From contig WGMB01000001.1 of the NCBI GenBank assembly GCA_016125275.1, positions 26,079 through 90,078 on the forward strand: a stretch of DNA of 64,000 nt. The letters run 5' to 3'. Source of the stretch: Acidobacteriota bacterium (GTDB lineage Bacteria; Acidobacteriota; Terriglobia; Bryobacterales; UBA6623). The position numbers were made by a program, and so were the translations under genes. The notes below the pieces were generated by a model. The model was not told the DNA's origin. It saw only the letters and a program-made list of their open reading frames with translations, and searched no databases. Within the stretch, counting starts at the first letter, position 1, and every line of letters begins with the position of its first letter. Below are positions 54,974 to 64,000 of this stretch, in pieces.

Positions 54974-56221
54974 ATGTACCGCTCTAACCTGACCGCCAGA
55001 CTTTCTCGCCGGGCCGGTCAGACGATGATTATGCTGGCGATCTGCGTTTTCGCCATGCTGGGAGTTCTGGGTCTGGTGCTCGATGGAGGCCGGATCTACT
55101 TTGAGAAGCGGCGAGCCCAGGCGGCCGCCGACGCGGGCGCCGTCGCGGCGGCCCAGGAGATCCGCCGGGGCCATCGCGAGACGTCTTGGGTGCGGGGCGC
55201 GGCCCTCACCGACACGGATCTCAACGGCTACAACGATCAGAACTCGACTATCGTCGTCAACGTTCCGCCGTCCAGCGGATCGCGGACGGCCGATGACAAT
55301 TTCGCCGAAGTGCTGATCAGCCGCACCTTGCCGACGACCTTCATCCGGGCCGTCGGGATGCGGACCGCCGAGATCAACGTGCGATCGGTCGTGGGCCTGC
55401 TGCCCGACTCGTTCTTCTGCATCTACGCGCTCGATCCCGACGCAGACGGAGCCTTTACCAACAACGGCACGACCTCGTTCGAGGCCAACTGCGGCATCAT
55501 CGTCAACTCCATGGACGCTGAGGGCTTTCGTGGTCTGGGGACCGGCGCCTGCACCAAGGCCACCAATATCTCCATCGCCGGCGGCTACTCGGTGGGGTGT
55601 TCGAACCCGGATCTGCAAACCACGCCCGACACCGGCATCCCGGCGGTCCCCGATCCTCTCGCGCACCTGCCGGAGCCGGATCGCGCTTCGCTGCCGATGG
55701 GTTCCACCACCGGTCCCGCCACCGACAGGGTCTACTCGCCCGGCGTCTACAGCAACAAGATTCAAGTCACGTCCGGCAAGAAGGCGACCTTCCTGCCCGG
55801 CGTGTATTACCTGGAGAAGGGCTTGCAGTTCTCCGGCGGCACGATCGTCGGCGACGGCGTGACATTCTACAACCACAATGACCAGGGCAGCGACGTGATC
55901 TCGATTTCGGCGGCGGCGACGGTCAACATCAACGCGCCGAAGACGGGCACGTACATGGGCATCCTCTTCTTCGGCTCGCGCGACTCCCCGTTCTCGCCGC
56001 CGAACCACAACATCGCACGCGGCTCGTCGGGCTCGAACTACACCGGGACATTCTACTTCCCCAACGAGCACATCGACTTTGCCGGAACGCCCGCGGGCAG
56101 CGTCGGCTGGACGATCATCGTCGCCCGCACGATGGATTTCTCCGGCGATACGGGAGCGGCCGTCGTCAATCCGCCGCCGCCGGACGAGAATCCGCTGCTG
56201 GTCCCCATCATGGTCGAGTAA
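54974..56221 (+). CDS. TadG-like pilus-associated protein (Tad N-terminal domain)
   Basis: RRAGQTMIMLAI prepilin-like TM, LVLDGGRIY...AQAAADAGAVAAA, beta-rich C-terminus with PDPLAHLP and PGVY repeats. Confidence 0.85.
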   Translation: MYRSNLTARLSRRAGQTMIMLAICVFAMLGVLGLVLDGGRIYFEKRRAQAAADAGAVAAAQEIRRGHRETSWVRGAALTDTDLNGYNDQNSTIVVNVPPSSGSRTADDNFAEVLISRTLPTTFIRAVGMRTAEINVRSVVGLLPDSFFCIYALDPDADGAFTNNGTTSFEANCGIIVNSMDAEGFRGLGTGACTKATNISIAGGYSVGCSNPDLQTTPDTGIPAVPDPLAHLPEPDRASLPMGSTTGPATDRVYSPGVYSNKIQVTSGKKATFLPGVYYLEKGLQFSGGTIVGDGVTFYNHNDQGSDVISISAAATVNINAPKTGTYMGILFFGSRDSPFSPPNHNIARGSSGSNYTGTFYFPNEHIDFAGTPAGSVGWTIIVARTMDFSGDTGAAVVNPPPPDENPLLVPIMVE

Positions 56222-56237
56222 ACGAGGTTCAAGAGCC

Positions 56238-56705
56238 ATGCAAAGCAAGCAAGTGCAAGGTCATCAGAGGTCGGGACGGCGCCGCGGCAACGCAATGGTC
56301 GAGTTTGGTCTGGCCTCCAGCGTCATCTTCTTGATGGCGGTCGGCGCCGTGGATTTCGGGCGGCTCTTCTATGAGTCCATTGCCATGGCCGGGGCGGCCC
56401 AGGCCGGTGTGCAACGAGGCACCTTCTCGCCGCTGGCCTCCAAGGATACGTCGGCCATTCTGAGCAGCGCCGCCGCCGGCCTGTCCGACGTTCGCGACGC
56501 CAACGTCACCACGGAGCAGTTCTGCGACTGTCCCTACGCTCCGGGCGTGGCCGTCGACTGCACCACGGCCCGCTGCACCGGCTACGGCCTCTCCCGGCTG
56601 TATGTGCGGGTGCGGGTGACCAAGACCTTCTCGACGTTCGGGCCTTGGCCGGGGATTCCGGAAGAGACCCCCATCGACCTGTCGAACTGGGTTCGCGTCC
56701 GCTAG
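56238..56705 (+). CDS. TadE-like minor pilin
   Basis: RRRGNAMVEFGL prepilin G|xxxxEF, then VDFGR...AAQAG and a Cys-rich C-domain. Confidence 0.88.
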   Translation: MQSKQVQGHQRSGRRRGNAMVEFGLASSVIFLMAVGAVDFGRLFYESIAMAGAAQAGVQRGTFSPLASKDTSAILSSAAAGLSDVRDANVTTEQFCDCPYAPGVAVDCTTARCTGYGLSRLYVRVRVTKTFSTFGPWPGIPEETPIDLSNWVRVR

Positions 56706-56738
56706 AGGGAGCCCGCAGCCATCCACAAGGAGATCGCC

Positions 56739-57170
56739 ATGCGCCACGCCTCAGAGCCTCACCGCAACAATAATCCTCGCAGCGGCCAATCGATGGTGGA
56801 GTTCGGCATGACCTTCACCCTGGTCATGATGCTCTTTCTCGGCATCTTCGAGATGGGCCGAGCCATGTGGAGCTTCACCACTGTTTCGTATGCGGCGCGC
56901 CAGGCGGCCCGCTACGCCATCGTCCGCTCGCAGCTCGGCGCGGAGGGCGCCGACAGCGCCGCTATCGACAACATGGCCAAGGCCAGCGCGATCGGGCTGG
57001 ACCCGGATCGGCTCACGGTTTCGAAGAGCTGGACGCCGGACAATCACCGCGGCAGCCAGTTCGTCATCACCGTGCAGTATCCGGTCGACTTCGTGGGCGC
57101 GAGCCTGTTCATGAAGAACAGGAACACCCTGACGGTCAGCTCCACGGCGTCCTACACGATTTTGAACTGA
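56739..57170 (+). CDS. TadE-like minor pilin
   Basis: RSGQSMVEFGM, IFEMGRAMW...AARQAARYA. Confidence 0.9.
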   Translation: MRHASEPHRNNNPRSGQSMVEFGMTFTLVMMLFLGIFEMGRAMWSFTTVSYAARQAARYAIVRSQLGAEGADSAAIDNMAKASAIGLDPDRLTVSKSWTPDNHRGSQFVITVQYPVDFVGASLFMKNRNTLTVSSTASYTILN

Positions 57171-57258
57171 GTCCGACCTAACCCGGACTCCCGACGGATC
57201 CCGGCTACCCGCGGACACCCTGCGTCCTCGGACCTTCCCCAACCCCTCTCCGGGACCA

Positions 57259-57290
57259 AAGGGGCGGCGCTTGCCGCCCCTTCTTTTTTT
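57259..57290 (+). terminator. Rho-independent terminator of the tad trio
   Basis: AAGGGGCGGC-GCTT-GCCGCCCCTT followed by CTTTTTTT. Confidence 0.85.
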
Positions 57291-57304
57291 GTCCGGCGCC
57301 GGCG

Positions 57305-62188
<4,884 letters not shown>

Positions 62189-62224
62189 CCGTCGTCCTCG
62201 ACCTTCCAATTGTAGTGTCGCTGT

Positions 62225-64000
62225 CTAGGGTTGGCGGGCCTGCCGCCGAATCCTTTCGGCGCGGTCCAGGGCCAGGGCGGCCTCGGCGTCGCGCTTGCGC
62301 AGCCGCAACAGGGCGGCGTAGTCCTCCAGAATCGGCGCCAGCGCCACGGGGTCCTTGCCGTAGGCGCCTTCCACGGTCTCCATGGCCTGCTCGTAGTAGC
62401 GCTGCGCCTCGGCCAGCTTGCCCTGGGTGGCTTGTACGGTGGCCAAGTAGCTGAGCGTGCGGGCGGCGCTGGGGTGGCCGGGGCCGAACGTCTGGCGGCC
62501 CGCGGCCAGCGAGCGGCGCAAGGCGGCCTCGGCCTCGTTGTAGCGTTTGGCGGCGAAGTAGGCCTTGGCCAACTGGTCGAGCGTGGCGGGCAGCCGCTTG
62601 GCGCCGGAGTCGCCGGCCGCGTCGAGGATGCTCACCGCGCGTTCGAGCAACGACTGCGACTTGCCGAACTCGCCGCTCTCCAGGGCCACCTCGCCCAGGT
62701 TGCTCAGGGCCACCGCGACTTCGGGATCGTTGGGGCCCAGCCGCCGCTCGATTGCCGCGAGCCCGGCCCGGTAGAGTCGTTCGGCGCTGGAGAACTTGCC
62801 GCGCAGGCGGTAGACCGTCGCCAGATTGTTGCGCGCCAGCGGCAGGTCCGGGTGGTCCGGGCCCGCCTTCTCCAGAATCGCCACGGCGCGCTCGAAGCTC
62901 TGTTCGGCTTCCAGCAGGCGGCCCTGGTCGCGGTAGAAGCGGCCCGCTGCGTCGAGCGCTTCCACATGACGCAGGTCGTCGTCGGGGTAGCGCTCGGCGG
63001 ACAGCTCCAGCGCGTCGCGGAACAAGCCTTCCGCCTCGGCGGTCCGGCCTTGGTTGGCCTTGGAGGCCGCCAGGCCCAGCAGCAGAGAGGGCTCCAGATC
63101 GCGGGCTGGATCGCCGAGGGCGCGGGCGTCTTCGAGGGCCTGCGCGAAGGCGGCTTCGGCTTGGGTGAAGCGGCCGAGGTCGGCGTAAACCTCGCCGAGC
63201 GTCTCGCGGATCTCGATGCGGCGTCGGTCGACGGGTAGGTCCTGCCGCAGCCGGAGGGCCTCCACCAGCCGCGGCTCGGCGTCCCGCGGGCGGCCTCCGT
63301 CGCGCTCCAGGGCGCCGAGGGCGAACAGCACGTCGGAGCGCTCGGCGGCGGAGGCGTCCGGGCGGTCGAGCGCTTCTTGGTAGAGGGCGCGGGCGGCGTC
63401 TTCGGCGCCGGCCAGCCGCTCGGCGCGCGCCAGCAGCAGGATCGTCCGCAAGGGCCGCTCGCCATGGCTCAGAGAGGACTCCAGCAGCGGCCGAGCTCCT
63501 GCGCGCTTGCCGGGCTGCTCCAGCAGGCTCTCCCCCAGCAGGGCCTCGGCCTCGGCCAGCTCCTTCGGCGGGGTTCCCGGGCGGGATTGGAGCCATTCCA
63601 GGGCCTCGCGCAGCAGGGGCTCGGCTCGCTCGGCGCGGCCTCGGCTCAGCAGCAGCTTGCCCAGCATGCGCCGGGTCGTCATCGTCGCCGGGGCGCGCGA
63701 GCCCAGCCGCGCCTCCTGGCGGGGCAGCAGATCCTCGAGCAGCGCCGCGGCCTCCTTGGCCTCGCCGCGGTCGACGTGCAGGGCGGCCAGGCCGGCTTCC
63801 ACCCGCAAGGTGTCGGGGTGATCGGGGCCGAAGGACGCCTGGTAGGCCTCCAGCGCCTGCTGGTAGAGCGGCGCCGCGGCGTCGTACTCGCCGCGCAGGT
63901 GCCGCAGCGCCGCCAGCGCGCCCGTCGCCTCGGCCATGGGCCCGCTGGCGGGGCCGAAGGCCTTGCGCCGGATTTCGATGGCCTGTTCCAGCAGCTTCTC
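62225..64000 (-). CDS. Multi-TPR protein (kinesin-light-chain-type repeats), 5' end outside window
   Basis: Repeated GPDHP/GPNDP...NNLA..Y...G....AE.LY..AL units; the frame stays open to base 64000. Confidence 0.88.
   Translation of the reverse strand, partial: EKLLEQAIEIRRKAFGPASGPMAEATGALAALRHLRGEYDAAAPLYQQALEAYQASFGPDHPDTLRVEAGLAALHVDRGEAKEAAALLEDLLPRQEARLGSRAPATMTTRRMLGKLLLSRGRAERAEPLLREALEWLQSRPGTPPKELAEAEALLGESLLEQPGKRAGARPLLESSLSHGERPLRTILLLARAERLAGAEDAARALYQEALDRPDASAAERSDVLFALGALERDGGRPRDAEPRLVEALRLRQDLPVDRRRIEIRETLGEVYADLGRFTQAEAAFAQALEDARALGDPARDLEPSLLLGLAASKANQGRTAEAEGLFRDALELSAERYPDDDLRHVEALDAAGRFYRDQGRLLEAEQSFERAVAILEKAGPDHPDLPLARNNLATVYRLRGKFSSAERLYRAGLAAIERRLGPNDPEVAVALSNLGEVALESGEFGKSQSLLERAVSILDAAGDSGAKRLPATLDQLAKAYFAAKRYNEAEAALRRSLAAGRQTFGPGHPSAARTLSYLATVQATQGKLAEAQRYYEQAMETVEGAYGKDPVALAPILEDYAALLRLRKRDAEAALALDRAERIRRQARQP

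Overview
High-GC bacterial DNA, densely coding. The gene families point to Acidobacteriota, probably Bryobacterales-like (inference: carboxypeptidase-regulatory-domain TonB receptor, duplicated orphan ABC permease, PSD1/planctomycete cytochrome c protein, ECF sigma/anti-sigma/DUF4252 trio). The first ~34 kb is ordinary envelope, transport and housekeeping content: rpiB, ugd, a TolC-HlyD-ABC exporter, grpE-dnaJ, USP, CHAD and NRAMP. The main feature is a ~28 kb locus (34.5-62.2 kb) centred on an atypical non-flagellar type III secretion system. It carries sctI, J, a possible K, L, N, O, P, Q, a FliO-like gene, R, S, T, U and V, plus needle-like subunits and three TPR chaperones. No secretin (SctC), full SctD, gatekeeper or flagellar rod/hook/motor genes are visible in the cluster. 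It encodes its own FliA/sigma28-like sigma factor, and I found four exact copies of a promoter-like motif, CAACTT-N14-CGATAAC, each upstream of a transcription unit of the locus. SctQ carries an inserted FHA domain, and a separate FHA-TM protein ends the cluster. The flanks hold a tandem pseudokinase, a large intact Ser/Thr kinase (TPR-TM-PEGA) and an orphan TadG/TadE/TadE trio. This suggests a phosphorylation-gated, sigma28-controlled, secretin-less T3SS resembling myxobacterial systems. No rRNA, tRNA, CRISPR array or mobile element was recognised. All calls come from reading motifs by eye; no database searches were run.
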